Source: Candidatus Aenigmatarchaeota archaeon (lineage in GTDB: Archaea; Aenigmatarchaeota; Aenigmatarchaeia; CG10238-14; WAMV01). Taken from it: a DNA stretch of 64,000 nucleotides. The notes beneath the pieces are model-generated. The model did no database searches. It saw nothing but the letters and a program-made list of their open reading frames with translations, and was not told the DNA's origin. Where the stretch lies: NCBI GenBank assembly GCA_015522145.1, contig WAMV01000007.1:15470-79469 (forward strand), read 5' to 3'. Position numbers and translations under genes: made by a program. How positions within the stretch are numbered: position 1 is the first letter of the stretch; each line of letters begins with the position of its first letter. Below are positions 37,344-47,470 of this stretch, one piece after another.

Positions 37344-37928
37344 GTGAAAAGATTTGAATTGCCTCCTTTGCCTTATAGCTACGACGCTTTGGAACCAGTA
37401 ATATCTAGAAAAATAATGGAATTACATCATGACAAGCATCATGCAGCATACGTTAAAGGAGCTAATGTAGCCCTAGAAAAATTGGAAAAGGCTAGAAAAG
37501 GAGAAATGGAGATTAATGTAAGAGAGGTACTAAGAGATCTAAGCTTCAACCTAAATGGTCATATACTACATTCAATATTCTGGAACAATATGCGTCCTCC
37601 ACAAGAAAACAACAGGCCTGGTGGTGAAATAGAAGACCTAATAGTAAAGAATTTTGGCTCATTCGAAGCTTTCCAACAAGAATTTAGCAAAGCTGCTACA
37701 AGCGTAGAAGGTGTGGGCTGGACAATACTAGCTAAAGATGAAGAAAATAATCTGTACGTAGTACAAATAGAGAAACATAATTTAATGCACATAGCTGGCT
37801 TGAAGCCAATACTGGTAATAGACGTTTGGGAACATGCATACTACCTAGATTACTTGAACAAAAGAGCAGAGTACGTAAACAATTGGTGGCAAGTGGTTAA
37901 CTGGGATGATGTAGAGAAAAGGCTTTAG
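37344..37928 (+). CDS. sod: Superoxide dismutase (Fe/Mn family)
   Basis: LPYSYDALEP, HHDKHH and DVWEHAYY motifs. GTG start with AAGGTGA SD. Confidence 0.9.
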   Translation: MKRFELPPLPYSYDALEPVISRKIMELHHDKHHAAYVKGANVALEKLEKARKGEMEINVREVLRDLSFNLNGHILHSIFWNNMRPPQENNRPGGEIEDLIVKNFGSFEAFQQEFSKAATSVEGVGWTILAKDEENNLYVVQIEKHNLMHIAGLKPILVIDVWEHAYYLDYLNKRAEYVNNWWQVVNWDDVEKRL

Positions 37929-37930
37929 CC

Positions 37931-37943
37931 CTTTTTATTTTTT
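37931..37943 (+). terminator. T-rich tract (CTTTTTATTTTTT) after sod, in the convergent gap with nfo
   Basis: Oligo-T immediately after the stop codon. Confidence 0.3.
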
Positions 37944-38780
37944 GAATTTGTAGCCTAGCTTTTCAAAGATTTTTTTCATTTTTATGCTGTCTTTTTCAAG
38001 TATAGGAGTTTCTGAAATAATGGTTATGTTAACTTTTCTTTTCAAAATTTCTTTAGCCAAAGGTTCAAATTTTGGATGGGAATTCATTGGCTCATGAATA
38101 TCAACAAATTGTTTTTTGTTCAAATTATACCTCACGTTTGTGAAATGAGTGTGTATATGCTTAAGTTTTAACTTCTTTAGCTTATCGAAAATTTCTCCAT
38201 AATTTATTTTGCCATTACCTAAGCAGTACATATGGCCCCAATCAACACACACAGTTAGTTGTTTATGATCAATCTCTCTAACAAATTTTATTAGAGTATC
38301 TAAATCTGCAAACTGACTTTGTTTGGCCATTGTCTCCAAGGCTATTTGTGTATTAACAATTTTCTTTTTTTCCATTTCTTCAAGAATTTTTTCTATCTGT
38401 TGTTTGACTATTTCATAAGTCTTTTCTCTATCGTTTTTTAGGTAATAGGCTGTATGTACAACAACAGGGCTTGCGTTCATAACTTCTCCTATCTTAGCGG
38501 ATGCTAAAATGAATTGGATACTTTTTTTAATAACTTCTTTTTTCTCTGAAGCCAAATTGATGTAGTATGGGGCATGAATAGAGAGTTTTATGTCTAGCTC
38601 TTCAGCAAGCCTGCCCAGTTTTTTCGCTTTATCTTCTTTCAGGTAAATGCTTCTAACAAACTCTATTTCTTGTGCGTTTAAGCCAAGTTCAACTATTCTT
38701 TCAAAAGAAGCCTCTGTACCTGGTTTTTTAGCTGTAATACAATTGCCAGCTGGCCCAAGCCTTATTTCAAATTTAGTCAT
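37935..38780 (-). CDS. nfo: Endonuclease IV (AP endonuclease, Nfo family)
   Basis: IHAPYYINLAS, IALETMA and CVDWGH motifs parallel the E. coli Nfo metal-binding motifs. Confidence 0.65.
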   Translation of the reverse strand: MTKFEIRLGPAGNCITAKKPGTEASFERIVELGLNAQEIEFVRSIYLKEDKAKKLGRLAEELDIKLSIHAPYYINLASEKKEVIKKSIQFILASAKIGEVMNASPVVVHTAYYLKNDREKTYEIVKQQIEKILEEMEKKKIVNTQIALETMAKQSQFADLDTLIKFVREIDHKQLTVCVDWGHMYCLGNGKINYGEIFDKLKKLKLKHIHTHFTNVRYNLNKKQFVDIHEPMNSHPKFEPLAKEILKRKVNITIISETPILEKDSIKMKKIFEKLGYKFKK

Positions 38781-38813
38781 AATTTAATAATCATTAGTTA
38801 AAAAAATAATTTA

Positions 38814-40985
38814 ATGAGATTGTTGGGAATTATTCTGATTTTGATTTCTACAGGATTGTTTTTAGTTAATGCTGCAAGTTTTAACGCAAACGTCAGTCCT
38901 AGCAGTATAGAAGCAGACCAATCAGAAATTTTCAATTTTACTGTAACAAACACAAATACATTAAACATAACTAAAGTAGAAATAAAGTTACCAACTTACA
39001 TAGATTATGTAGGCTCGCAGGGAAACTCTAAAGGAGCAACTTTTTCTTACGAGTCTAGTACAAAAACTTTGACATGGCAATCAAACAATCTAGTGCAACC
39101 TGGTGAAACAGTTTATTTTTGGTTTGAAGGAAAGGCGTTAGCTTATTCTGGAAGTCAAGACTTTCTTTTAATAACAACGGATGAAAACGCAACAACATCC
39201 AACACAACGCTTACCATAACTATAACTGATACAACGCCTCCAAGCTGGAGCAATGTTGCTTCTTATCCTTCATCACCAAAAAAATATGATGAAACTTCTG
39301 TTTATTTCAATGTTACTTGGAATGATAACGTTAATGTAAGTGAAGTAGTGTTTGAAACGAATGTAACTGGAAGTGCTCAAAATCAAACAGCTAACAAAAA
39401 CAATAATGTTTATTACATTAAAATTTCAAACCTTACTCCCGGAACCTATTACTGGATTAGTTATGCAAGAGATAGTAGTGGAAACTGGAACAAAACTAAT
39501 AAAATCATTTATGTGGTGGAAAAAGGTAATAACATAGTAGAGATTTACGTAAATGGCCAACCAGTAAACCAGAAAATTAAAGTAAGCAATGAGTCGAAGA
39601 TAAACATAACTGGTTTCGGTAAAGGCAATGTTTTTATTTATTTAAATAATGTTCAGGTAGCTTCTGGAACAGATAAAGCTACTTACAACGATTATCTAAG
39701 CGTGAATAATTATACTGTTAAAGTTAACGCTAGTGGAAATAGCTTATACGTTTCCAACGCTAGTGGAAAAAGCATTACTCTACAAGTCAGCTATCCTGCC
39801 CCATACGTCGTCAGCGTAAATACGGACATACCTAGCTATTATGAAAACAGGAGCTCTGTTTTTGAGGTTGTATGGGGAGATTATTATGATCCTGACGTGT
39901 TTAGTGTTAGTTATATTGAGGCTAACTTTTCTGGGTCAGCTAAAAATTACACAATGAATAAAGATGGTAATAAAAGTACATATTCGATAGTTTTAGATGC
40001 TGGTAGCTACTACTGGAGAGCTTATGCTAAAAACAAATTTGGAGAATGGGGTAAAACTCAGAAATATTACTTTACCATAAAAAAAGCTTCGCCAAATTTG
40101 GCCATATCTGTCTTTCCTAAATCAATTGTTTACGAAGGCACACAATTAACTGTTGTCTGCTTGGGGGAAGGCAGTCTAATATTGAAACTTTACAGAAACG
40201 GAACTTTAGTGGATAACCCAGATTATGCTAATTTGAGCTATGGTACTTACCTTTACACATGTGAAACTTCGGGAAACAAGAATTACAATGCAGAAAATGT
40301 TAGCAAAATAGTCCAAGTTTTAAGATATACGGCCAAGCTTGATATAACTAAGTATCCAGAAAAGATAATAGCAGAAAAGAATGAAACTGTGAGTTTTGAA
40401 GTAGAAGTTCAAAATTCAGGAGAAAAGCCTCAACTTGTCAGTGTTGTGGTAGAAGGAATAGATGATTATGATATTTCAAGAAAATCTGTAAGGTTGGAGT
40501 ATAAAGACAAGGCCAGATTTGAAATCAAAATTAATACCACAACACTAAATATTGGTGAATATAGTTTGGTTATTAAAGCAGTGGGTAACGAATCGGAAGA
40601 TTCAGCTAGCGTTACGCTTGTTATCTTGTTGCCGGAGTATCAGCTAAGAGCTTATAATCAGACTCTAACGAATCTTAGTAAAACTCTTGAGACTCTGGAA
40701 AATAAAGCTAAAGAATTTAACAATGAAAATCTTACTTTGCTTATCAATCAAACAAAAAACTTGATTGAATTGGGCAACTCTTATATTAACAGTGAGAAGC
40801 ATGATAAACTGGTTGAGTTAGTAAATAAGGTTAAAAGCAACGTTGAAAAAATCGATAACTTAATTAATGATATGGAAAGAGCTAAGCAAACTGAAAGATT
40901 CAGAAGAATTATTACCTATGTTGCAATAGTTGTAGTAGCTATTGTGACCATGTTCTTCATTTATTTGCTTTGGCCTACGCCTTAA
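38814..40985 (+). CDS. Large secreted surface protein (S-layer/glycoprotein-like) with internal ~95-aa repeats, C-terminal coiled-coil and TM anchor
   Basis: Signal peptide, more than 40 N-x-S/T sequons, duplicated W..D..V..FE.N.SG.A.N.T......Y.I.L..G.YYW..A.D..G.W.KT.K modules. Confidence 0.55.
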   Translation: MRLLGIILILISTGLFLVNAASFNANVSPSSIEADQSEIFNFTVTNTNTLNITKVEIKLPTYIDYVGSQGNSKGATFSYESSTKTLTWQSNNLVQPGETVYFWFEGKALAYSGSQDFLLITTDENATTSNTTLTITITDTTPPSWSNVASYPSSPKKYDETSVYFNVTWNDNVNVSEVVFETNVTGSAQNQTANKNNNVYYIKISNLTPGTYYWISYARDSSGNWNKTNKIIYVVEKGNNIVEIYVNGQPVNQKIKVSNESKINITGFGKGNVFIYLNNVQVASGTDKATYNDYLSVNNYTVKVNASGNSLYVSNASGKSITLQVSYPAPYVVSVNTDIPSYYENRSSVFEVVWGDYYDPDVFSVSYIEANFSGSAKNYTMNKDGNKSTYSIVLDAGSYYWRAYAKNKFGEWGKTQKYYFTIKKASPNLAISVFPKSIVYEGTQLTVVCLGEGSLILKLYRNGTLVDNPDYANLSYGTYLYTCETSGNKNYNAENVSKIVQVLRYTAKLDITKYPEKIIAEKNETVSFEVEVQNSGEKPQLVSVVVEGIDDYDISRKSVRLEYKDKARFEIKINTTTLNIGEYSLVIKAVGNESEDSASVTLVILLPEYQLRAYNQTLTNLSKTLETLENKAKEFNNENLTLLINQTKNLIELGNSYINSEKHDKLVELVNKVKSNVEKIDNLINDMERAKQTERFRRIITYVAIVVVAIVTMFFIYLLWPTP

Positions 40986-41142
40986 GCAAATCTTGTAAAG
41001 TTTTTATTTGTTTTTCTATTATTTCTATTTCCTTTTCTAAAAGTTCTTTTTCTTCTGGATCTGTTGTTATGCTTAACTTGCTTGCGATTTCCAGCTTTTT
41101 TTCTCTTAGCTTTTCTATCTCTTCCAAAATCCTATCTCTCAT
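40975..41142 (-). CDS. Possible small coiled-coil protein (55 aa)
   Basis: MRDRILEEIEKLREKKLEI... lies in the infB upstream gap. Could equally be noncoding. Confidence 0.2.
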   Translation of the reverse strand: MRDRILEEIEKLREKKLEIASKLSITTDPEEKELLEKEIEIIEKQIKTLQDLLKA

Positions 41143-41175
41143 CGATATTAAATTGTGAAAAATGAATAAAAATAT

Positions 41176-42921
41176 ATGGCTGAAATTAGAGCTCCTATAA
41201 TAGTAACGCTTGGTCACATAGATGCTGGAAAAACAACTTTGCTAGACGCTATAAGAGGTACATCTGTGGCTAAATCAGAAGCTGGAGGCATAACTCAACA
41301 TGTTGGTGCTAGTTTTGTGCCCAGTGATATAATAATAAAAATATGTAAACCTCTGTTAGAGAAATATAAAATTAAGTTGGAAATTCCTGGATTGCTTTTT
41401 ATAGATACGCCCGGGCATCATGCATTTTTTACGCTAAGAAAAAGGGGAGGGGCTGTAGCAGACCTAGCCATTCTAGTTGTAGATATTAACAAGGGTTTTG
41501 AGCAGCAAACAGATGAAAGTTTAGCCATATTAAAAGAATTTAAAGTTCCTTTTGTAGTTGCGGCAACAAAAATTGATAGAATACATGGCTGGTTCGCAAC
41601 GAACACAACATCATTCTTGGAAAGCTTTGAAAGACAGAGAGATTTTGTAAAGGAAGAGTTGGAAGAAAAAGTTTATCAGCTAGTTGCTCAGTTTGCAGAA
41701 AGAGGGTTTAATGCTGAAAGGTTTGACAGAGTTGAAGACTTTACCAAGACGCTTGCTATAGTTCCCTGCTCAGGTGTTACAAAAGAGGGGGTGTCTGAGC
41801 TTTTAATGGTGCTCAGCGGGCTTGCACAAGTTTACTTGAAAGGCAAACTAGAACTTGGCAAAATAGCTAGAGGTAACATACTTGAGGTCAAAGAAATGAC
41901 GGGTTTGGGTACAACTGTTGATGCTATCCTTTATGATGGTAAGATGAGAAGAGGTGATTTTATTGTTATAGGGGGTAAAGAACTTGTTGTTACTAAAATA
42001 AGAGCTTTGCTTCGTCCAAAGCCACTTAAAGAGTTAAGAACAGAAAGAAAGTTCGAAAGTGTAGAAGAGGTTAAGGCTGCTGCTGGAATAAAAATAGTTG
42101 CGCCTGAATTGGATAAGGTTGTAGCTGGCAGCCCATTCATTGCTGTTAAATCAGAAAAAGAAATAGATTGGGCCAAAGAAATTCTACAAAAAGAGGTTGA
42201 AGAAGTTGAAATAAGTAAAGAAACTGAGGGCATTGCGTTAAAGGCAGACACGCTGGGTAGTTTAGAAGCATTGATAAAACTAGTTTCTGAGAAAAAATTC
42301 CCCATAAAACTGGCTAGCGTTGGTAGCATTACCAAGAAAGATTTGGTTGAAATGGATACCGTAAAAGATGAAAAATTGAGAGTATTCCTTTGCTTTAACG
42401 TTAAAGTTTCTGAAGAGATTGAGAAGCTTGCCAAAGACCTGAACATAAAGATATTCAAAGGCAATATAATTTACAGACTTATCGAAGATTTTGAAAACTG
42501 GTATAAGGAGATGAAGCAGAACGAAATAAAAAGAAAGCTTGAATCTTTGGTGTGGCCTGGAAAAATAAAAATACTTCCTGGATTTGTGTTTAGGCAGAGT
42601 AAACCTGCTGTTGTGGGTATAGAAGTTTTAATTGGAAAGATTAGACCTGGGGTTAAGCTTATGAGAAAAGACAGTAAAGAAGTTGGGGAAGTGTTGCAGA
42701 TACAGAAAGAAGGTAGGAACGTTAAAGAAGCGTCTAAAGGGGATAAAGTTGCCATATCTATAGAAGGTGCTGTCATAGGCAGGAACGTTAAAGAAGGTGA
42801 TACACTTTATACTGCTGTTCCCGACAAGCATTATGAGGTTTGGATTAATGAGATGGGTTGGAATTTGAGCGAAGAGGAATTGGAGCTTTTAAAAGAAATT
42901 AAATCGATAAAAAGTGCTTAA
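41176..42921 (+). CDS. infB: Translation initiation factor aIF5B (IF-2 homologue)
   Basis: G-domain GHIDAGKTTLLD and DTPGH motifs, 581 aa. Confidence 0.9.
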   Translation: MAEIRAPIIVTLGHIDAGKTTLLDAIRGTSVAKSEAGGITQHVGASFVPSDIIIKICKPLLEKYKIKLEIPGLLFIDTPGHHAFFTLRKRGGAVADLAILVVDINKGFEQQTDESLAILKEFKVPFVVAATKIDRIHGWFATNTTSFLESFERQRDFVKEELEEKVYQLVAQFAERGFNAERFDRVEDFTKTLAIVPCSGVTKEGVSELLMVLSGLAQVYLKGKLELGKIARGNILEVKEMTGLGTTVDAILYDGKMRRGDFIVIGGKELVVTKIRALLRPKPLKELRTERKFESVEEVKAAAGIKIVAPELDKVVAGSPFIAVKSEKEIDWAKEILQKEVEEVEISKETEGIALKADTLGSLEALIKLVSEKKFPIKLASVGSITKKDLVEMDTVKDEKLRVFLCFNVKVSEEIEKLAKDLNIKIFKGNIIYRLIEDFENWYKEMKQNEIKRKLESLVWPGKIKILPGFVFRQSKPAVVGIEVLIGKIRPGVKLMRKDSKEVGEVLQIQKEGRNVKEASKGDKVAISIEGAVIGRNVKEGDTLYTAVPDKHYEVWINEMGWNLSEEELELLKEIKSIKSA

Positions 42922-43723
42922 GCTTACCTAAGTATATTCCATCGAGCGAATAAATTTCTGCTTCATTCAAATCCAAGAAGTCTTTAGAGACAAAAAAGAA
43001 ATTTTCTATACTATCTCTGTTTAAAACCAAACTACCAAGTAATGAATTGAATGCTGGTAAAATTATTATCTCTAAATTTCCCAGCTTTCTTAATCTTAGT
43101 GCATCTTTTATTTTTTGTTTGTTCAGTTTTGATTTAACCCAAACTCTTATCCTTCTAGTATACCCCATTTCATCTTTTATTTCAATGCCTGGCTGCAAGT
43201 GACCACAAAAAATAATATCGCAAAAATATGCTCTCAAATCTGGTGATGAGCTTCCGTGAAAAAAATAGTATTTGCTTAAAACAAATCCTTTTTGATCAAA
43301 GATTTTAAACTCTGGTAATATGTTTTCTAGTTTCCCGTCATGATTTCCTTTTACTATAAAAATGTCTTCAAAATGTTTTTTTAAATCTAAAAAGAAAGAA
43401 CGAATAAATTTTTCCTCTTTGTATGTTGCTATACCTATGCTATGCTTAACATCCCCTAAAACTATCAGCTTGTTTGCCTTGGTTTTTTGAGCTAGCTCTA
43501 TTAGGGTTTTTTTCATTTTTTCGTGAACTGGCTTTATGTTAACCCCCTTCTCTCTATACTCTTCTTCTATACCTAAATGTAAATCAGAAATTACCAGAGA
43601 GTTTAGAGGTTTGACATAGCAAGCTGGATATCCTTTCAGGAATTTTACTTTCATTAATTTTTTATTTAACACAACAACTTTAATTTTATGAGAATACTTG
43701 GAGAGGTAGTTTCTGAACCCCAT
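42899..43723 (-). CDS. Calcineurin-like metallophosphoesterase (SbcD/Mre11-related small phosphoesterase)
   Basis: ISDLHLG, VLGDVKH and GNHDG motifs. Confidence 0.6.
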   Translation of the reverse strand: MGFRNYLSKYSHKIKVVVLNKKLMKVKFLKGYPACYVKPLNSLVISDLHLGIEEEYREKGVNIKPVHEKMKKTLIELAQKTKANKLIVLGDVKHSIGIATYKEEKFIRSFFLDLKKHFEDIFIVKGNHDGKLENILPEFKIFDQKGFVLSKYYFFHGSSSPDLRAYFCDIIFCGHLQPGIEIKDEMGYTRRIRVWVKSKLNKQKIKDALRLRKLGNLEIIILPAFNSLLGSLVLNRDSIENFFFVSKDFLDLNEAEIYSLDGIYLGKLKHFLSI

Positions 43724-45118
43724 GCTCCCAATACCATGGAATTTTGGTTTTTAGTAAAAGAAAGTGTTAATAAAAACCAATTTGTAAAAGTAAACAATCT
43801 TGTAGCTAGAGTTATCGAAATTTTCAACGAAAATGATATCTACAGAAATTTGCAACAGATTTCGCAAGTGATGAAGAGGAATAACAGATTTAGCGATTTC
43901 GTAAAAAGAGAGGAGTATAGCTATACTTTAGCTAAGGCCGAAATTCTGGATAGTTTAGATGGAAGCTACGTTAAGCCACCTTCGCCAGGTGATGTGGTGG
44001 AAGAAATTTCTAATGAAGAGTTATCAAAATTCTTAGGTTTAGAAGAGGGTGAATTAATGATTGGTACCTTAGAGTTTCATGAATTGCCCATCAGGCTAGA
44101 TGTTGAAAGATTGCTTAAAAAACATTTAGCAATTCTTGCCATGAGCGGTGCTGGTAAAAGTCATCTAGCTAGCGTAATAATGGAGGAATTGCTAAAATTG
44201 GAAAACAAGCCTATAATCATTGTTTTCGATGTTCATGGCGAATACATTGGGTTTGCAAAAGACTCAAATTTCGCTAAGGATGTGTTGCTTATAGATAGGA
44301 GCCAATTAAAAGTGCCTGTATGGGGTTTAAGCGTTTATGATTTTTCTAACCTGTTTCCTGAAATTTCTGGTCCGCAGAGAAGATTGCTAGATGATGCTAT
44401 ATCTGAGCTGAAGGATAGCATTTATGATTTAGAGGATATAATTAAGGTTGTAGAAGAGAAAGATGCTAAAGCAAACACAAAAGATTCTTTATTAGGTAAG
44501 CTTAAGTACATGCAAAGATTCTACTCTTTGAGTAAAGAAGAGTATCCAACAACAAATCTGTTAAATAACTATGGTTTAGTTATAATTGACCTATCCGAAA
44601 TCTTAGATGTTGAGGAGAAACAGCTAATCGTTTATTACTTAATGAAAAAACTTTTTGAAGCCAGGAGAATGAAGCAGGTCAAGCCAGTTGTGTTTTTTGT
44701 AGAAGAGGCCCATCAATTCGCACCCCAAAGATCAGAAGTTTCAACAATAACAAAAAACATTATAGAGAAAATTGCTAGAGAAGGAAGGAAATTCAACACA
44801 TCTATTGTTTTAATAAGCCAAAGGCCTGTAAATTTATCCACAACTGCTTTAAGCCAATGCAACACTCAAATAATAATGAGAATAACCAACCCAAATGATC
44901 TGGATCAAGTAAGCAAAAGTTCAGAAAAGATATCCAGAGAATTCATTAACCAGTTACCGGGGTTAAAAGTAGGACAGGCATTGATAGTTGGAGAGGCTGT
45001 TGATTATCCTATTTTAATAAGAGTTAGACCAAGGGAAAGTAGAAAAGAAGAGAAGTGGCTAAGTTTTAAGGAAGAGCTAAAAGCTTTTTCCAAACCAAAA
45101 GAAGAGCTTATGTTATAA
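43688..45118 (+). CDS. herA: HerA-like ATPase (FtsK-HerA superfamily, DUF87)
   Basis: Walker A GMSGAGKSH, Walker B VFFVEEAHQF, ISQRP...IMRITNPND. Start may be at the downstream ATG (43736). Confidence 0.7.
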   Translation: MRILGEVVSEPHAPNTMEFWFLVKESVNKNQFVKVNNLVARVIEIFNENDIYRNLQQISQVMKRNNRFSDFVKREEYSYTLAKAEILDSLDGSYVKPPSPGDVVEEISNEELSKFLGLEEGELMIGTLEFHELPIRLDVERLLKKHLAILAMSGAGKSHLASVIMEELLKLENKPIIIVFDVHGEYIGFAKDSNFAKDVLLIDRSQLKVPVWGLSVYDFSNLFPEISGPQRRLLDDAISELKDSIYDLEDIIKVVEEKDAKANTKDSLLGKLKYMQRFYSLSKEEYPTTNLLNNYGLVIIDLSEILDVEEKQLIVYYLMKKLFEARRMKQVKPVVFFVEEAHQFAPQRSEVSTITKNIIEKIAREGRKFNTSIVLISQRPVNLSTTALSQCNTQIIMRITNPNDLDQVSKSSEKISREFINQLPGLKVGQALIVGEAVDYPILIRVRPRESRKEEKWLSFKEELKAFSKPKEELML

Positions 45119-47470
45119 TTTTACTATTTTTGTGGGTTCATCTACAGCCTTATTTCTGCTTAACAAATAAGCATGGCCTGTGATAGCGTCCTCCATTTTT
45201 TCATCATGAGTAATTATTAAAACTTGTTCCAAAAACTCTGATACTCTTTCTCTTAGAGCTCTTGCTAACTCCTCAACAGCCTTCTTGTCGAGGTTATGTG
45301 TTGGTTCATCTAAGACTAAAAGCTTTAGCTGTGGCGCCAAAACCAAAGCCAAAGCTATTCTTAATGCTAAAACCGCTAAGCTTCTTTCACCACCAGAAAC
45401 AAAACCATCAACACTTACCCACCTACCAGCTTTATCTTGTAGCTGCAAAACATAATCGCCCTCTTCAACATTCAGCCTTATAGCAACATAATCCCCATAT
45501 GGGTAAAGCGTTTCCCATACTCTATTCATTTCTAAATTTATAGAAGTCACGAATTCCTGTCTTAATTGAGTTTGTGTAAGCTTTAATGCTTTTTCCATTA
45601 TTTTTAGGTTGGAGTATATTTTATCTAACTTTTCAATTTCTTCTTTGAGTTTCTTGATGTTTTCTAGTTGAGAATTTAGTTTTTCTACGCTGACATTTTT
45701 CTCCCTTTTCTCTCTCTCCAAAGACTCTAGCTCTTTTTCTAAAGATGCCTTCTTAGCTATAATTTTCTGTATTGTTTTTTCTATCTGTGTTAGCTTAGCT
45801 TCGTCAACTTCTCGAGAAATTTCCTCATGCTGCCTTAACAGGCTTGCTAGCTTGGCTTTTATACCGTTTACTTCATCTTCTAATTTAACATACTCTTCTA
45901 TTTTTTCTATTAAAGAATCGTAAGCATCTATTTCCTTTTCTAATTCTCTTAGATGAACTTCTTTCTTTTCTATAAGAGCTTCTTTTTCTTGCAGAGCTTT
46001 GCTTAGAGAGTTTAGCATTGACTCTCTTTTTCTTAATTCAAAAGTTAGGGTATCTGACTTTTTCTTAAGTTCGTCTAAGTCTGAAATTTCCTGATTCAAC
46101 AATCTAATTTTCTCGTCTATTTTCTCTAATGTTTCTAACTCTTTCTTCTCTAACTCTAAGTTTCTGATGAGCGTTGCAAGTTCGCTCTCTGTTTCTTTCA
46201 ATTCTTTGTTTTTTTTCTGAGAAATTTCAAAAATGTGTTCTGGCGTCAATGGAGAATTGCAAATTGGGCACTTTTCTTTAGCTTCTCTTAACTTTTCTAG
46301 ACTTTCTTTTATTTCACTTGCCTTCATTTCCAAAAACTTTATCTTGGCTAATTTGCTCTCAACTTCTATTTTTTTATTTTTCAAAATTTCGTCAATGTTT
46401 GGATAGGTTTTGAGTAAACTATCTAATTGTTTTTTACTTTCTTCTTTTTCGGAAATTTTTAATTTTAAGTCAGCTATTTCGTTTTCTAGGGATTTTTTAG
46501 TGGATGTGTGGTGTATGATTTCCTCTCTTAACTTTGCTAACTCATTCTTTTCTTTTTCCAACTCGTTTTTTAAGGTTTCTAATTTCGTCAAGAGCTCTTG
46601 TTTTTTATTTTCAAGGATTTCTTTAGACCTTCCCTCAACTTCCATCTTTAGTTGGGAAAGTCTTTTTGTTTTCTCCTCAAGCAAAGCCCTAGTTTTTTCC
46701 AGCTCTATAACAATATCATCAAGCTCTTTTTTCCTATTTCTTAAATATTCATAGTTGCTAGAAATTTGGGTTAGTTCTGTCTCAAGCGCATTTAGTTGTT
46801 GGGTGATTTCATGTATGTGTTTATTAATTTCATCCAATCTACTTTCTAACTCAGAAATTTCTTTCTCTAACTCCTCTACATTGTAGGATTCATAAGCTTT
46901 TGCTATAGAATTTCTTTGATCTCTTATTCTGTTAGCCAAAGTAACGAGGTTTGATCTAATCTTTTCAAGTCTTTCAATCATTAACAACTCATCAACTTTC
47001 TTTATTCTCTGCCCTTTAGGCAATCTCAAAAAGTAGTCTAGGGAGTTTTGCTCTGAATAAATAACTTTGGAAAATAATTCATAGCTTGTTTTTAATATTT
47101 TCTCAATAAGTTCGCTAACCCTAGAGGGTTGAGCTTCTATTATTTTTCCGTTCTCAACAAGTTCTGCCTTTGTAGTACCTTTGCCCCTTTCTATTCTTCT
47201 ACGAACAATGTATTCATTGTTTCTAAAACTGAAATGAAGCTCGACTTCTGCGTAATCTTTTAGCATTGGTTTTCTCATTATTATATCCTCAAGCTTTATT
47301 TTCTTCGAGCTCAGCGCAGGAAAAGTACCGTACAAGGCAAAACAAATAGCATCTAGCACAGAGCTTTTACCACTACCTATTATGCCTATTAAGGCATTCG
47401 TGCCCAAACCAAACTCTAAGCTAGAGTTAAGATGGGATTTCCAGTTTTTGAGCACCACTTTTTTTATCAT
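45113..47470 (-). CDS. rad50: DNA double-strand break repair ATPase Rad50
   Basis: Walker A GIIGSGKSS, long coiled coils, zinc hook CPICNSPL, signature and D-loop motifs. Confidence 0.9.
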   Translation of the reverse strand: MIKKVVLKNWKSHLNSSLEFGLGTNALIGIIGSGKSSVLDAICFALYGTFPALSSKKIKLEDIIMRKPMLKDYAEVELHFSFRNNEYIVRRRIERGKGTTKAELVENGKIIEAQPSRVSELIEKILKTSYELFSKVIYSEQNSLDYFLRLPKGQRIKKVDELLMIERLEKIRSNLVTLANRIRDQRNSIAKAYESYNVEELEKEISELESRLDEINKHIHEITQQLNALETELTQISSNYEYLRNRKKELDDIVIELEKTRALLEEKTKRLSQLKMEVEGRSKEILENKKQELLTKLETLKNELEKEKNELAKLREEIIHHTSTKKSLENEIADLKLKISEKEESKKQLDSLLKTYPNIDEILKNKKIEVESKLAKIKFLEMKASEIKESLEKLREAKEKCPICNSPLTPEHIFEISQKKNKELKETESELATLIRNLELEKKELETLEKIDEKIRLLNQEISDLDELKKKSDTLTFELRKRESMLNSLSKALQEKEALIEKKEVHLRELEKEIDAYDSLIEKIEEYVKLEDEVNGIKAKLASLLRQHEEISREVDEAKLTQIEKTIQKIIAKKASLEKELESLEREKREKNVSVEKLNSQLENIKKLKEEIEKLDKIYSNLKIMEKALKLTQTQLRQEFVTSINLEMNRVWETLYPYGDYVAIRLNVEEGDYVLQLQDKAGRWVSVDGFVSGGERSLAVLALRIALALVLAPQLKLLVLDEPTHNLDKKAVEELARALRERVSEFLEQVLIITHDEKMEDAITGHAYLLSRNKAVDEPTKIVKL

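Noticed and set aside
40970-41158. Plus-strand 62-aa ORF in the infB upstream gap
   Set aside because: Ser/Phe/Ile-rich low-complexity translation. The opposite-strand coiled-coil ORF is more protein-like, and even that is kept at low confidence.
45113-47470. Internal repeats in the Rad50 gene checked for CRISPR or tandem-repeat arrays
   Set aside because: The periodic K/E/L-rich DNA reflects the coiled-coil coding sequence. No direct repeats with spacers. No CRISPR array anywhere in the window.
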